Shown here piece after piece: positions 30,189-44,571 of a stretch of 64,000 nt of DNA; the stretch's first letter is position 1, and every line of letters starts with the position of its first letter. This DNA comes from Chrysomallon squamiferum (Eukaryota; Animalia; Mollusca). The notes under the pieces are model-generated. The model saw only the letters and a list, made by a program, of their open reading frames with translations, was not told the origin of the DNA and made no database searches. The position numbers and the translations under genes were made by a program. Where the stretch lies: positions 23,622,001 through 23,686,000 of the forward strand of contig CM022665.1 in assembly GCA_012295275.1 (NCBI GenBank), read 5' to 3'.

Positions 30189-32644
30189 ATAATAATACTA
30201 ATAAAATAAAAGTAAATAAAATAAAATAAAATAAAATAAAATGTTACTAGGTATCGGTAAGATACATGGATGTAGGTACATTTTAGTACACTTCTGTCTC
30301 TCCAAGTTAGTGCTCCGCAATAACTAAACTCATTTGATTGGTTAGCTGGCTAACTGGCTTGTTGATTGGTTGTCTGGAACTATTACATGGTTGCTTGTCT
30401 TTTTGGATGAGCTGTTTTCATTCATTTTATATTTTAATAATTGAAGTAATTTTTACGCAGTCCGTGGAATCTAAAATATGCTTCTAAAGAATTACTGAAT
30501 ATTTTCGGCTTACTTATTTCAATGGATATCTAAAGATATCGATTGAACTAAGGCAATAAAAAATATCACTCAGTCATCGATTTTCTCCTTGCTGCTGTAG
30601 TGGAACTTGGGAAAAATTAATCTATTAAATTTAGCTTTTATTCGCTATATGATATAAAAAAGCATCCAGCTAGGAACGATTTTAAAAAAATAAAAATTGA
30701 ATGGCTTTATTTATAATTTTTTTTTTAAAAAAAAAAAACCGCAGGAAAGTGGCTCAAAAGGAAAGGATATAGATTTATTAATGGCTCTGCTGTTAACAAG
30801 TACATCTTGCTCTTTATATAAGTACTAGAACTTTGTTAGACATCGCAAATTAAAACCGTACATATCTGACTATGAGCTACTCAAAAAATGTTATTGACAT
30901 TCGTAGATTATAATATAAACTAAAATTACGTGTTTCTGCATGTTGTTAGTGTTATATATACATTTCTGTCTTGTACGCAGTGTTTATAAATAGACAAAAT
31001 AACACGGTGATTGTTTTTGGCAAAAATTGCACTGGCAGTGCCTACAAGAGTAATGTTTGAACACGATCTTTTATTTATACCAAACACTGAAGCAATACAA
31101 ACGTGTTGAGAGCGCTCACGCCAATGAAACCAATTATCTATCTTCGCGGGTCCGTGGTGTAAACCTTCGTGGAAAAGTAATCTCATTGTGAGTGTGATTA
31201 GTTCAAGAATTGAATTATTTAGCAATTATCCTAGCAGTTCAGCTCTGCAGAACCGCCGACCCGTACCTTGGTAAAATATTTCAGTTGTTAGGATTAAATG
31301 TCATACTGATTAAACAACGTCTGCATCCTCTTACTGACCTCTACGTTCATCGTGCCACAGTATAATTTATCGCTAGGTTATTTTTTTTTCTTCTGCGCTG
31401 CCATGTGGCTCGGGTTCGATGCCTCAGTTTGCGAGTGAGGCTTTTCTTGTTTCTCTTCTTTCAAAATACTACTAAGTTCATCGTGCTTGAATAATATGTT
31501 TCGGTAGTTCTTTGTGTTTCTGTATGTACGTATGTGTATGTGTATTTGTATGTACCTACGTCTGTCTGTCTGTCTGTCTGTCTGTCTGTATGTATGTATG
31601 TATGTATGTATGCCTGTTTGTCTGCATGTATGCGTGTATGTATGCACATGTATATCATATTTGTGTTATTGTTGAAAACAGTCAATTATCTGCTGTTTTG
31701 TCACTTATAAATCCAGTCAATATTCACTTCCGGAGAATTAACTTCTGTAAATTTTATAAATTGCACAGAGTCCAGCCCTTTGGCTTTCTTCATTAACTTA
31801 TTGACAGTGACTGATTCATTTGATCGAACCTTGTCGCTGTCGTCGACGTAACGTACTTTAAACTGAAAAGTACACTGTAATAGGATCGCGTTTTATTAAA
31901 TAATGTGGATGGATCTCACGCATTTCGCGTTTCTTGGAAATTTTCTACGATTTTCACCTTATTTCAAAGTTGCTTTGAAAAAAACAAATGAGTATGTTTG
32001 GAATGAACTTAATGAATGAATGATTTATGTAAATAATTATTTTTAATTATTATAATTTTTTTTTTTTTTTTTTTTTAAATCTTGTATGAAGATACTTATT
32101 AATATACCTCTTATAAAAAAAATAATTTAAAAATCTTTAAAAACAAGCACACACAGTATTCTCTAGAACGAGATAATGATTTTCTGCACAACTCGAATCG
32201 TCTGAAGACTGTGATGGAGATTAATAATGGCAGACAGTGTCGTACTCAATAATGTTGCTCAAGGCTTAACGTAATTGCTTTTTCAGAACGATAGCTCCGT
32301 TAAATTTCCAAGTGTTAATGTATGTTTGCAGAACTGAGACCGATTTGTACACATCAGAAATTTTCTTTGCCTAAGAATTGATTTCGATGTTTGCAATTAA
32401 TATTCTGAATGTATTTTCTTTATGATATGTAACGTCACAAATCCACTGGAAAAACCGCAATTTTATTACAATAAAAGACATAAAAGACACTGATAATATT
32501 TTATTTTATTTTGAAATGCTACTCGGTATGTTTGATGAATCTTTGCAAAATAATGATGCATTCAAGGCAACGTAATCACCATAATACATATTCATTAAAC
32601 TGCTATTATATATATAATAGTCTATATGTATCTGGGTTTGTGTT

Positions 32645-32682
<38 letters not shown>

Positions 32683-33444
32683 GATCCAGCATACGAAATG
32701 TAATATTACCTTGGTTCTCTAATGGAATTATGGTTAATAAATGATAAACACAGTAATTAAAGACAAATTATGCACACTAGCGAGTGATCTATAGCTGAGT
32801 TGACTCAGCACATTAATCAGAATACATTATTTCGGCAAGATCCGTGAATTCACAAAGGGATGACGCAATCTGTCTTGTGGATGTAACACTGAGAATGAAA
32901 CGAATTTTATTATAAAAGGATAAAAACACACCAGGAGTGATCGCAGTACTTGAAGGAAAATAACTGGCATACAGCTGTTATTAAGATGCATCAAATCAGA
33001 TATTATTCAACGCAGACAGCTGTCAACGTGATTATGTTGTAGCAATTAATATATTATGACTGTTATCAAAACCTTTAATCAGCATTTATTATAGCACGTT
33101 ATATATAATGTATGCAGTTATCAAAGTATTGTTAGTCAACATACTTTGTAACACTGGGTGAACAGTGAAGACTGTTGTCAGATTACTGTAGCAGGACGTA
33201 TTATAGCAGATAATATAAAATAAAGATACTGTATCAAGTACAGTAACCATAAATCATAAGCATTGTTTCTGTATGCAGTAAGCAACGTTCAACACTGCAC
33301 TGATCACCAACAATAGTAGCTGATGTACAGTATAGAACATTATCCATTAATATAAATTTACACAGTAGTAGTTACAGACAATTGACAAACTAAAGCACAG
33401 TATGAAATACTGCAGTCAGTAAACAGCGTATTAAATTGCTACAT

Positions 33445-33795
33445 TCATAGAGCGAATGACGCGGAAAGGTTTTAAACTGACAGTCAAAACTGCAAAATAT
33501 TCTAGCTGATATATAACATATACAGTTTTCAGATTACTGTATTCAGTACTCACAGAGCAAATAATGTAGAAAAGTTGACAGTCGAAGGACAAATGTGCGT
33601 TAACTGCAAAATATTCCAGCTGATATTCAACGTATACAGCTTTTAAATTACTATATTCAGTATACACAGAGCGAATGATGTAGAAAAGTTGACAACTGAC
33701 ATACAAATGTGCGTTAACTGCAGAATACACAGTTCTAAATTAATGTATTCACTATATATAAAAGGTGTAATGTAGAATAATTGACGACTGATATT
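33445..33795. repeat. ~114-bp tandem repeat, ~2.5-3 diverged copies
   Basis: aaatgtgcgttaactgc occurs at 33591 and 33705. gtagaaaagttgac and cacagagc repeat with the same offset. Confidence 0.8.
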
Positions 33796-34878
33796 TTTGA
33801 CAGAATGAAGCCTGACGAAATTACCAAACAATACGCATGGGAATTAGCGACACTACTGAATTTTATGTTTTAGAATGTACGAAACATACTGTTGAAAACT
33901 GAAGAAATAATGAAATGTTTTTAGTGTGAGTAAAAGTAGATTCCTTAATTCAGATTAATTGTTCTAGCTTAGATCAGTGAAATCGTGAAAATAAGAAGTG
34001 TCATCAGCACCCTCGAGAAGTAATACACTTTACTCCTTCATCAGTTTGTTTTTGTCGTAATGGGTGTGGAGTAACGAGAAGCGGAAAGGAAGGATTTTCT
34101 TAATTTTATGGAAGCACTGACACGATGAAATGATGATCTGACTATTTCAGTGGGAAATGATCGAGTGAGAATACTGAGCTCGTTGAGCTTTAGAAGTAAA
34201 AATCTCATAAATAACTATTTTGTTTTGAGTACAGGAGTTACTGTGTGTGAGCGAACCAGTCAACCTGTTATTCTCTCTCTCTCTCTCTCTCTCTTTTTTC
34301 TCTCTCTCTCTCTCTTCTTTTTTCTCTCTCTCTCTTTCTCTGTGTCTCGTTCTTTCTCTTTCTCTCTACCTCTCTCTGTTTTTATCTCTATCCATACGTC
34401 TGTCTTCTCTATCGCTTTGTTTTTCTCACTATGACTCTTTATTCTCTCTTTTTGTCTCTCTCTGTTTCTCTTTCTGTCTTTCTCTCTTTCTCTTTCTCTC
34501 CCTCTCTCTAACAAAATTCTCTCTTTCATGTATATCCTTACTTCGTTTTAAGAAGATAATAAATTTCCATTGCATATATTATGAACAGGGATAGTAAACA
34601 ATTATTTCTGTACCCCATAACTCGAAGACTTTGTTTATTAGTAACGAAGTTGTTTACTAACAGTAAACAGCAGTAACGTCACACATTCAATAATTTAATT
34701 AATCTGTACACGTTGCCTTTTTTAATTTTCATTGATTGTACGCTAATTATTTTCATCACCATTATTAAGAGAAAAAATATATAATTTCATAAAAAAATAA
34801 AAATAAAAATAATCTTATAGAATTTGAGTATAATTATATAGAGATGGTGAAACAATCAGCGCAGTTCAGTTTTTAAAA

Positions 34879-34912
<34 letters not shown>

Positions 34913-35317
34913 CCTATTATTTTCGATAACAAAACATAAATTGGTGCGGTCTGGTGTTAAAACACTGGTACAAAAGAAGCAGGGATCGGTTTTGAAATGT
35001 TTGTTCCTATCTTCAGGTATCGACACAAAGAAACGACAACATACAAATGAACTGGATCAATAGCGAACGTGACTTACAATCACACAATTATTTCTACTAC
35101 AAGTTTAACTCTGTTTAACCTTCACTGTTTCTTTCGTCTTAAAACCATTGAGGATTTGAATTGTTCAGGGTTTTGCAAATGTTTGTAAAAACATTGTCTT
35201 GAATTTGTTTTTCTACTGGCAATTCAAACATTATTATCTTTTTTATTAAATTCTATATTTTTTTCCCCAAAACTTTGTTATTTTTTAGTTTCTATTTCCC
35301 TTCAGACAATTAAAAAA

Positions 35318-35348
<31 letters not shown>

Positions 35349-37817
35349 AAAATTTCCTTTAATATTTATATACTTTTTCTTTTTTTTTTAATTTTAGTTT
35401 TCTCCTGATAGTTTGACAATATATATTGTTTTTCTCAATTAGGGTTTTGTTTTGTTTCCCATTCTTCATTTTCTTTTCTTCTTTATTAAAATTTCTAATA
35501 TCGAGTTTTTTATTTATTACATTTTTATTTTTATTTTTTTATATTATATATATATAATTTTTTTTCCACATTTTTCTAGTAAAATTAATAATTACACTTT
35601 TTACTGATTTTTGTTTGAAAGTTTTAGTACATAATTGCTTTAACAGAGGCCAGACAGTACACAAATATAGCTTTCAAATTTTGTTGCTTTTGTTTTTCGT
35701 TTCAAAAGTGTCATTAGTCATTCACTGCAGTTACGGTATTGGTTTATTAATTATCTCTGTGTATGAGTCACGTCGTACGTGGCGTTAGCTGACTGTTACA
35801 GGATAACATTGAGAAATGATGGATCGCGAGATAAATCATCCTCAGCATCTTTCCCGTTCCAACTAGGATCTACCCACTGATTTATTAATGGCTGTGCAAT
35901 TTGATTTCTTATTGTTGACAGAAAAGATTGATGGTATATCACAATTTAAAATAACAACAACAACAACAATAATAATAATAAATTAATAAATAAATAAAAA
36001 TTAAAATGCATGATTCACATTAATAACATGTTCAAGAATTTTTCATCTGTTAACAGTAAAAAATATTATGACCTTCGATAACTCAGATACATTGAACACG
36101 AAAGCAGTTCGATTATCGAAGCTACGTTTTTAATATTCTGTCTTTCTTTATAAATTAAAATAATAATTCTACTTCTGGTTAGAGACAACCTTTATTCTCT
36201 ATTAATAACAAATAGTTGTAAATAATTTATTTATATTCGAAGAAGTAAACGGAAATGTTTCTTTGAATAATTTATTTTTACTTTATCTATTAAGCTGTAT
36301 GTGACGCAAAAGATTTGATGAAAATCGGTTTGCATGTCAACTGCAGTATTCTGCTCTGATGTGTTGTCTGTTATTTGAGTTAGATGCAATTGCGTTGCTA
36401 GCGCATCCACAACAGAGAACATACTCAGAAGTGATGCCTTTTATTTCCTCTGGCGACATACTTCAGATCTCATTGTTTTTGCTATCAAACCTTTTTCATT
36501 TCTTTTCTTCTCGTTTTCGTTCGTCTTGGGAGAATTTTTCTGAAATCGTTACTCTTCGACGTGTATCCCGTTGTGTTCATTTTACAAACTGTCCAAGTTA
36601 ACTGTGCTCTCCATTGAAAGACTGTTGGCTTCTTAAATCAATTATAATAATGACATAGACAATTTTCATAGAATAAAGCCAAAGGCAGTGGTTTCATGCA
36701 TTATTCGTGATGCTTCGTTTTGCTTTCATTTTAATTTTACAATAAGATATAATTAAATCTTCCAACTTTAATACTTAAGTAATTAGGTTTTCTTTTCATC
36801 TTAAAGAAAATGGTTTAGTAAGGTTTATATAACAAGAAGGTTATATGCATGCATGCTGAACAACAGTAAAGTGTTTGGTTATAGAATAGAGTTGAAAACA
36901 GGCATTCTGGTTTTTGAAAGGTAATAAATTAACTGGAAAAAAAGAAGAAAAAAAGGAATAACAATAACGACTCAAACAACTTGAATTCCAGGATTATCAG
37001 TTTATTTTAATATTTTAAATACGTGTTTGTTTGAGATAACCAGGAAAAGTGAATGACGCATTTTATGCAAATCTCGATTTCAAAATGGCAACATGGTATT
37101 TCGAACATGCTTTAAGGTATCTATTAATAGCAGAAAGCTGGAAGTAGCTGTTTAGCTGTTTACGTTCTTCTTTGGTAGAATACGTAAGATATTTAATAGC
37201 AACCCATTCAATAAAAAAATATATTCCTTATTCTGCATGAATTACTCTCATAGCATCTAATGACATCATGCGCGAGTCTGCAATCTAGATGAAAAATTCT
37301 GCCGGAAGGAAATTTGTAACGTTTTTTTTTCCTTCCACAAAACACCGAGAACCATAGCTGATAATTGAATCAAACCATCGACACTTATTTTTAGTAATCT
37401 TTACTAAATTCGTTTATTATCTTCTTTTTATTAATCTTATTTTTTTTTTCTAGTTTAAAAAAAAAAAGAAGAAGAAGAAAAAAAGAAAATTCTTGTGTCT
37501 GGTTTCAGATCGCTGATAACAATTAATAGTTGCTTTATAGATAATCATGGGCACAGAAATAAACATAATGATGCCATTTTTGTTCGTTGGGTATAACAGA
37601 CCAGTGCATCTACGTAACGTTTTGTAATCCCAGTGCAACTGTTGGAATATTGTAGGAAAAATAAATTACCGGATTTTATCGTCAACTTTATTATTACAAA
37701 GGTTAGCACAAGTTGCAGACGTTGTGATAATAGAAATCGCTGTATTGTTATAGGATTAACCAAACTTACAATACTAAAGAAGCCGTTTATTTATTTATTT
37801 ATTAATCATTATTATTA

Positions 37818-37872
<55 letters not shown>

Positions 37873-39877
37873 TATTATTATTATTATTATTATTATTACT
37901 GTTGTTGTTATTTATTTAATTATTTATTTTTTATTTATTTATTTATTTGTTTTTGATTTCTTTCATCCCTCATATTTAAATTCTCTTTATTTTCGAATCA
38001 AATACAAAAATAAAAATTCATTTGTTCTTAAAATGCAGCCTGTTCTTATGAGGAGAGTTGGGAAGGTGCTTTAACGAGATTCTTTAAAGACAGTTTATAT
38101 GAGATGTTGATGAAAGATTCTTACTATCATTACGTAGTCGTAAAGCATTTAATAACTGTTGAAGGGGAAAATGTTTTGAAGAGTCGTTAAAAGCAATTTT
38201 TTCATTAACACTTTTATCTATTTATTATGCGACAGCTACATTTGCATTTCTGTCTATAACTGAACTGAAATATAAAATGTTCCTACATTAAGCCTAGGAT
38301 TAATGATGAAAATAATATCTATAATGCGGAGGCAGAAAAGGCCATTTCTGTTTTATGTAACGATATTTATATTTCCCACGCAATTCATTAATTAAATTTA
38401 TATCTGCTGTCATTTATTAATTGTATTTAGAATTACCACCTGACTTATTAATTATATCTACATTTCCTAAGTCATTTGTTAATTGTATTCAAATTTTCCA
38501 TGCTATTATTAATGGCATTTTTATTATTTGTTTTTTATCTTAATCTAGAATACCTGAATTTTTTGTTTGTTTGTTTGTTTGTTTATTTTTTTTGTTTGCT
38601 TGTTTGTTGAGCGTTTTTTTTTTTTTTTTTTACATTGTCAGGTTTAAGTTTTTTCATATCACTTTGGTGTCAAATATAAAATAATAATTTAAAAAAAAGA
38701 TTTTTTTTTTATTTTTTATTTTTTTTTTAAATTTCAATTGTTCTTCTCACTCCTCCTCTCTCCTCTTTTGCTTTTTCTTCTTCTTCTTTCTTTCTTTTTC
38801 ACTTTTTCATTTTTATACTAACATCTTTAAAAACAAAACAAAAACAAAAAAAAAAAAATTAAAACTACCAAAGGCTGCAAATATTTGATCTATTGAATGC
38901 TACCATGGAAGACTGTATTTTTGAAATGTATGTCTTCGACGTTTTTTCTCGATTATTCTTGGAAGAAAAAAAACTGCTCCCAGCAATATTTGGTTTTTAA
39001 ATGACTGCTGCAAGCGATCGCCGAGGCAGAGAGTTTTTGAGAGCGAACACGACACGGTGGAGAGCGCTACTAAAGGCTCATTCTTTCAGATGATATTTAA
39101 AAAGAGCACGCTGTGCAGATAATATTATGTAGAAGCTGCGACCATCATGCAAATTGCTTAGAGATGACTCGAAGGTCATTATTATGTTCGATGCAAATTG
39201 TGTTCGAGGAAATCTTAAAAAAGAGCTTTATGAATAAAATATTTGTTTGTAATGTTGTTCCATGGGTGATAATAAAAAAAACAAACGAGAAGGTATATTC
39301 CTTTTTTCCAAAAGAGTGGATGAGATTTAAATATTTTAGTTTGAACTGATTTCTAAACAACAACAACAACAACAAAAAAAAAAAGAAAGAAAGAAAGAAA
39401 GAAAAGAAACAGATATATCGAATGCAAAAGTAATAACACAACAAAACCTATCGGATTATAATTTATATAAATAAGAAACAAAAAAACAGTTATATTAATT
39501 TTCTTAAAAGAGTATGTAATTCTGAAATGTTTCTAAGGCGTTATATTTTGTTATTTACATCCAAATTATAGTTTATGTATTTTTCCTGTTTGTTTACAAT
39601 GGTTTGTGCTGTTGCTGCTGATGTTGTTCTTGTTGCAACCTTTTAAGCAGTCTGCTTTCAGAGTAAACGACGAATTCTTTATTATACAGAATACTTAATC
39701 AGCAAATGGACTACTGAAACCAAACAAAACCGGATCAAAAATATCTTTAACGTATCTGTAAATGAGACATAAAAAAAATCTGTTGCAGATGAAGATGTTT
39801 CTTGTCTTATGCAGATCTCTTTAGTGAAGTCAGCCTGGGCCCACGTCCTGTCTGCTTGTGTATTCATCTGGTTTTTG

Positions 39878-40118
39878 CATGAATCTGATATATTAATAAG
39901 ATAACACTGATACATAGTTTAATGCATATCTCCATGCTTGTATCTGATATATTAATACGATGATACTGATACAGAGTTTAATACATTTTTCCTTCATGTA
40001 TCTCATAGATTTTAATAATTTAATATTGATACAGAATGTAATACATTTCTCCTGCATTTTTATCTGATCCATTAATAAGATAATATTGATATACAATTTA
40101 ATGCATTTCTTCTGCATG
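39878..40118. repeat. ~60-bp tandem repeat, ~4 diverged copies
   Basis: tctgatatattaataagataayactgatac...ttaatrcatttct recurs about every 59-60 bp. Confidence 0.8.
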
Positions 40119-43100
40119 AATAATCTGCTTTTCTTGGTTGTATTTTATTTATCCATTCAGTTTTACAAATATTGTTTTGATTGTTTTATTTATTACAGTT
40201 TAGTTTAGTGATGTTGCTTAATATTTGTTTTGTATATTAATGCGAATGAAATTTCATAAAGTAATACAAATATCGTTATAACTCTCTAATCAAATTTTAC
40301 GCTTGACATTTACTTCTGAGTTTACTCTTTGCTTTAAGTGAAAAATGTCGCAGTCTTCAAGCTGAAAATGAAAACATAAAAGAAAGAAAAAAAGCAATTA
40401 CTGTGGAATTAATTGCATTTTTGTTTTTAATTTCTTAAGCGTGTTTAATCGAGCTTAATCGAAGAAGAATTATGCAGCAAGAAGCCAAAACGAAAAATAA
40501 ATAAATAAATAAATACCAGGCGTACTTTTGTTTTTGTTAATCCTGTTTTGTCTGATGTTTGGTTGTTGTTAATTTGTGGTGGAGTAGTGATGACGGTTGC
40601 AGCAGGAATAGTGACGGTGGTTATGTGGATTTGGTTGCAATAGCAGTGACGATACAATTGTTTTGATGGTGATAGTGAATTTTTTCTTAGACGTTTATAA
40701 TATATGTAAAATGTGTTTCTGAAAGTGTGACTTATTAATTCCACAAATTACATCAGCCAGTGAAAATAAAATGTAAATATTTTATTTTTTTTTTTCATTT
40801 CATTTTTTTTTTTTAGAAAGGCTTATTTCTTCACCTTCAAGAAAAATCGTTGAAAAAGAAAAATTACTTAAAATTTGGATGGTCGTAAGTTTGAAGAAAA
40901 ATTGATGTTTTTCTTGTGAAAGTTGCCATCACGTAACAAATTGATTTTCATAGAACTATTTCTTTTTCTAAAGTTTATTTTACAGATATTTCGTTATCTA
41001 ATATATTTTCATAATATTAACTTTAAATCACTATCTTATTGTTTTATATGGATAAAACTGTTTGCTATGTCTTTTTTTGTTTTCTTTTGCTGTATACACA
41101 TATTATGTGATTGATATCTGCTTATGTTTGTTTAATATGATAAATTACTTGCAAATCATTGTCTTATCACTTGATATTGACAAAGCTCGGTAAAAGACCA
41201 CCCCTATTATGTCGTCATTTTCTGAAACGTCCTCAACGTTAATAGCTTTATTTTATCATTTTGTGGCATGCTAATGGTGTTATTGTCAGCATCTGGCTCA
41301 GTTTTTCAGAGAAACAATCTGATAGAGTGTTCCATCACGCAAACAAATATTTAATCAGTAATCCTTCTTTCGTCTTCAAAGACTCACAATATTACATTGT
41401 CTATGTGGGTTTTTTCTTCTTTTTAAAAAAAAATAATACGAAAAAAAAAACCATCATTCTTTCTTGTCTGTACATGTACAGATAAATTTAAAAAATACAG
41501 TTAGATCTATTTTAAAAGATCGACAATTGGACTGCAGAATTATTCTAACTGGTTTAATTTACTTCACGAAAGCTATGGTCATCTTAAGTGAAAGACGGAG
41601 ACGTATATAGGACATATAATCAAAACATTCTTTATCAAGAAACAAAGATTCAACCCAACAGTATCTTCTAGATTTTATGTTCGTTTCCGCAGTCAGTACA
41701 TCAGGTTCAGTGAATTTGTTATGTGCCATCGGGGCGAACGCCTCCCATCCGAGTTCTGAGTGGGCGTATTTGTTAGAACGTAATGTCCTATCAGACTATA
41801 AAACACAACTGCGTAACTACTGAGTCAAACTAAACGAGATTTTAGCATGCAAATCAAATTGAGCTGTATTTCTATATATACTGTTTATGAGGGAAAGACT
41901 TTTGAAATCGACCACTGTTTTCTGTGTCAGTGTACATTATAGATGATTAGAGTAAGCTGACATTAAAATGTCACAATAGTAAATTTCCAAACAAAAAACA
42001 TGATAGCTGGATCACTGTATCACAATATAATACACATCCTTTATCTTCGTGTATGAATTTTTCTTAGTTGTTTTGTTTTAAAGGTATCAATACACAGAAC
42101 TCAACGATATCTTTTTAAATTAACCTTAATTAACAAACTGTTCTTGACAAAGGCTTTATTAAGAAATTCGTTATTTTTGACTATCGGGTATTAACTGACT
42201 TTCTGTGTGGTAACAAACTGGCTTTGTTAGAAACGTTAATGGTTCACGGAGTCAAAACGTCAGTAAAGAGTGATGTGTTTTCTCTTCACTGAAGTACAAT
42301 AATAGTTCACAATTAGTGTTTGCCACTTTTTAATAGTGTGAAGGAAATTCCAATTTAGGGCTGAATTCAGAGTTTGTATGGTCACTGATTTTTTTTTTTT
42401 TTCTGGATTATTATTTTTTTTTGTATTTTTGTTTGTTGTCCTCCTGGGAGCCAAGTTTGTGAAAATAATTCCTCACGTTTTCTAGACTATCAGAAACTGT
42501 ACTTTTGCTTTTCTTTGGTGTAACGGTTTAGCTTTGTGTGGGTGTTTGGGTGATTCTGTAATTCCAATTTCATAGGGTTTATTTATTTTTGTCTGTTTGT
42601 TTTGTCTGTTTGTTTATTTATCTATTTATTTCTTTTTTTGTTATGGTTAACGTTTTTTCTCTTCATTTATTTTATTTTATTACTTTTTCTTGTTATTCTA
42701 TCTCTTTTTTTTTTTTTTTTTTTTTTCTCTTTCTTTCTTTCTTTCCCTGATTTGTTTTCAAATTTAGTTATTTACTGAATTCGTTTTTTTTTTTATTCGT
42801 TTTTTAAAAAAAATATTTTTATTTTCTGAGTAGTCTTGTCTTTAAATGAAAACACAAATTCTTGTAACACCATTTTACTATTAGATTACAATCTGCGGCT
42901 AAATATCTTATTACACGTATCATAGCAATGTTAGACAACTGATGGCTGGATTATTGATGGAAATATCGATGATATGACAAGAGAAATGTTAGATGTAGGG
43001 TTTCATGTCTCTTGCGAAGCACGGAAAGTAAAGCAGAAGGACGCTAATGACACACAAGGGTTTGGACAGACCGTGCACAGCCACAGAGACGTATTAGATC

Positions 43101-43120
43101 TTTAGATAAAAATATCTAAT

Positions 43121-44187
43121 AAGAGTAAACATATGAACACTGTACAGTGGTGTTATGTTAATGAGTAAATATATGAACACTGTACAGTGACTTGTTATGT
43201 TAATGAATAAATATATGAACGCTGTACAGTGATATTACGTTAATGAGTAAATATATGAACACTTTGCAGTGATTATGTTAATTAGTAAATATATGAACAC
43301 TGTACAGTGATATTATGTTAATGAATAAATATATGAACACTGTACAGTGATATTACGTTAATGAGTAAATATATGAACACTGTACAGTGATATTACGTTA
43401 ATGAGTAAATATATGAACACTTTACAGTGATTATGTTAATTAGTAAATATATTAATGAGGTACATTGATAATACGTTAATGAGTAAATATATAAACACTT
43501 TGCAGTGATATTATGTTAATGAGTAAGTATATAAACACTTTGCAGTGATATTATGTTAATGAGTAAATATATGAACACTGTACAGTGATATTACGTTAAT
43601 GAGTAAATATATGAACACTGTACAGTGATATTACGTTAATGAGTAAATATATGAACACTGTACAGTGATATTACGTTAATGAGTAAATATATGAACACTT
43701 TACAGTGATTATGTTAATTAGTAAATATATTAATGAGGTACATTGATAATACGTTAATGAGTAAATATATAAAGACTTTGCAGTGATATTATGTTAATGA
43801 GTAAGTATATAAACACTTTGCAGTGATATTATGTTAATGAGTAAGTATATGAACACTGTACAAATCTATTATGTTAATGAGTAAATATATGAACACTTTA
43901 CAGTGATGTTATGTTAATGAGTAAATATATAAACACTTTGCAGTGATATTATGTTAATCAGTAAGTATATGAACACTGTACAAATCTATTATGTTAATGA
44001 GTAAATATATGAACACTGTACAGTGATGTTATGTTAATGAGTAAATATATAAACACTGTACAGTGATATTATGATAATGAGTAAATATATGAACACTGTA
44101 CAGTGATATTATGATAATGAGTCAATATATAAACGCTGTACAGTGATATTACGTTAATTAGTAAATATATGAAGACTTTACAGTGAT
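43121..44187. repeat. 40-bp minisatellite, ~27 copies (gagtaaatatatgaacactgtacagtgatattacgttaat)
   Basis: Clear 40-bp periodicity (for example 43561, 43601, 43641) with no spacers. Confidence 0.95.
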
Positions 44188-44539
44188 AGTACATACTTAG
44201 CAGAAACATATCTGTGTTTATGAGCTTAAATATATGAGAACTACATATCAAACGATACAGTGATATACTTAGAAATTAAACGTCCATAAGAGCTATATAG
44301 CGATATTAAATCTGTAGATAAGAATTACATAACAACAGGCTGAATGTATGAAAACTATACAGTGATTTACCTAGAAATCCAATATTATAAACTATGACCA
44401 TCGCACGGTAGTATAATACATTTTTAAAAATATCTGTGCTGACAACAAATCAATGAGAACTAAACCTAGAAAAATACTTTAAAAATAAAACCAGTGCTAA
44501 CATACAGCTTTCTGAAAATTAAATGTATGCGCGCGCACG

Positions 44540-44571
<32 letters not shown>

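Noticed and set aside
43121-44187. Palindrome-containing 40-bp repeats as a CRISPR array
   Set aside because: Units are head-to-tail with no unique spacers, there are no cas genes, and the context is a eukaryotic intron.
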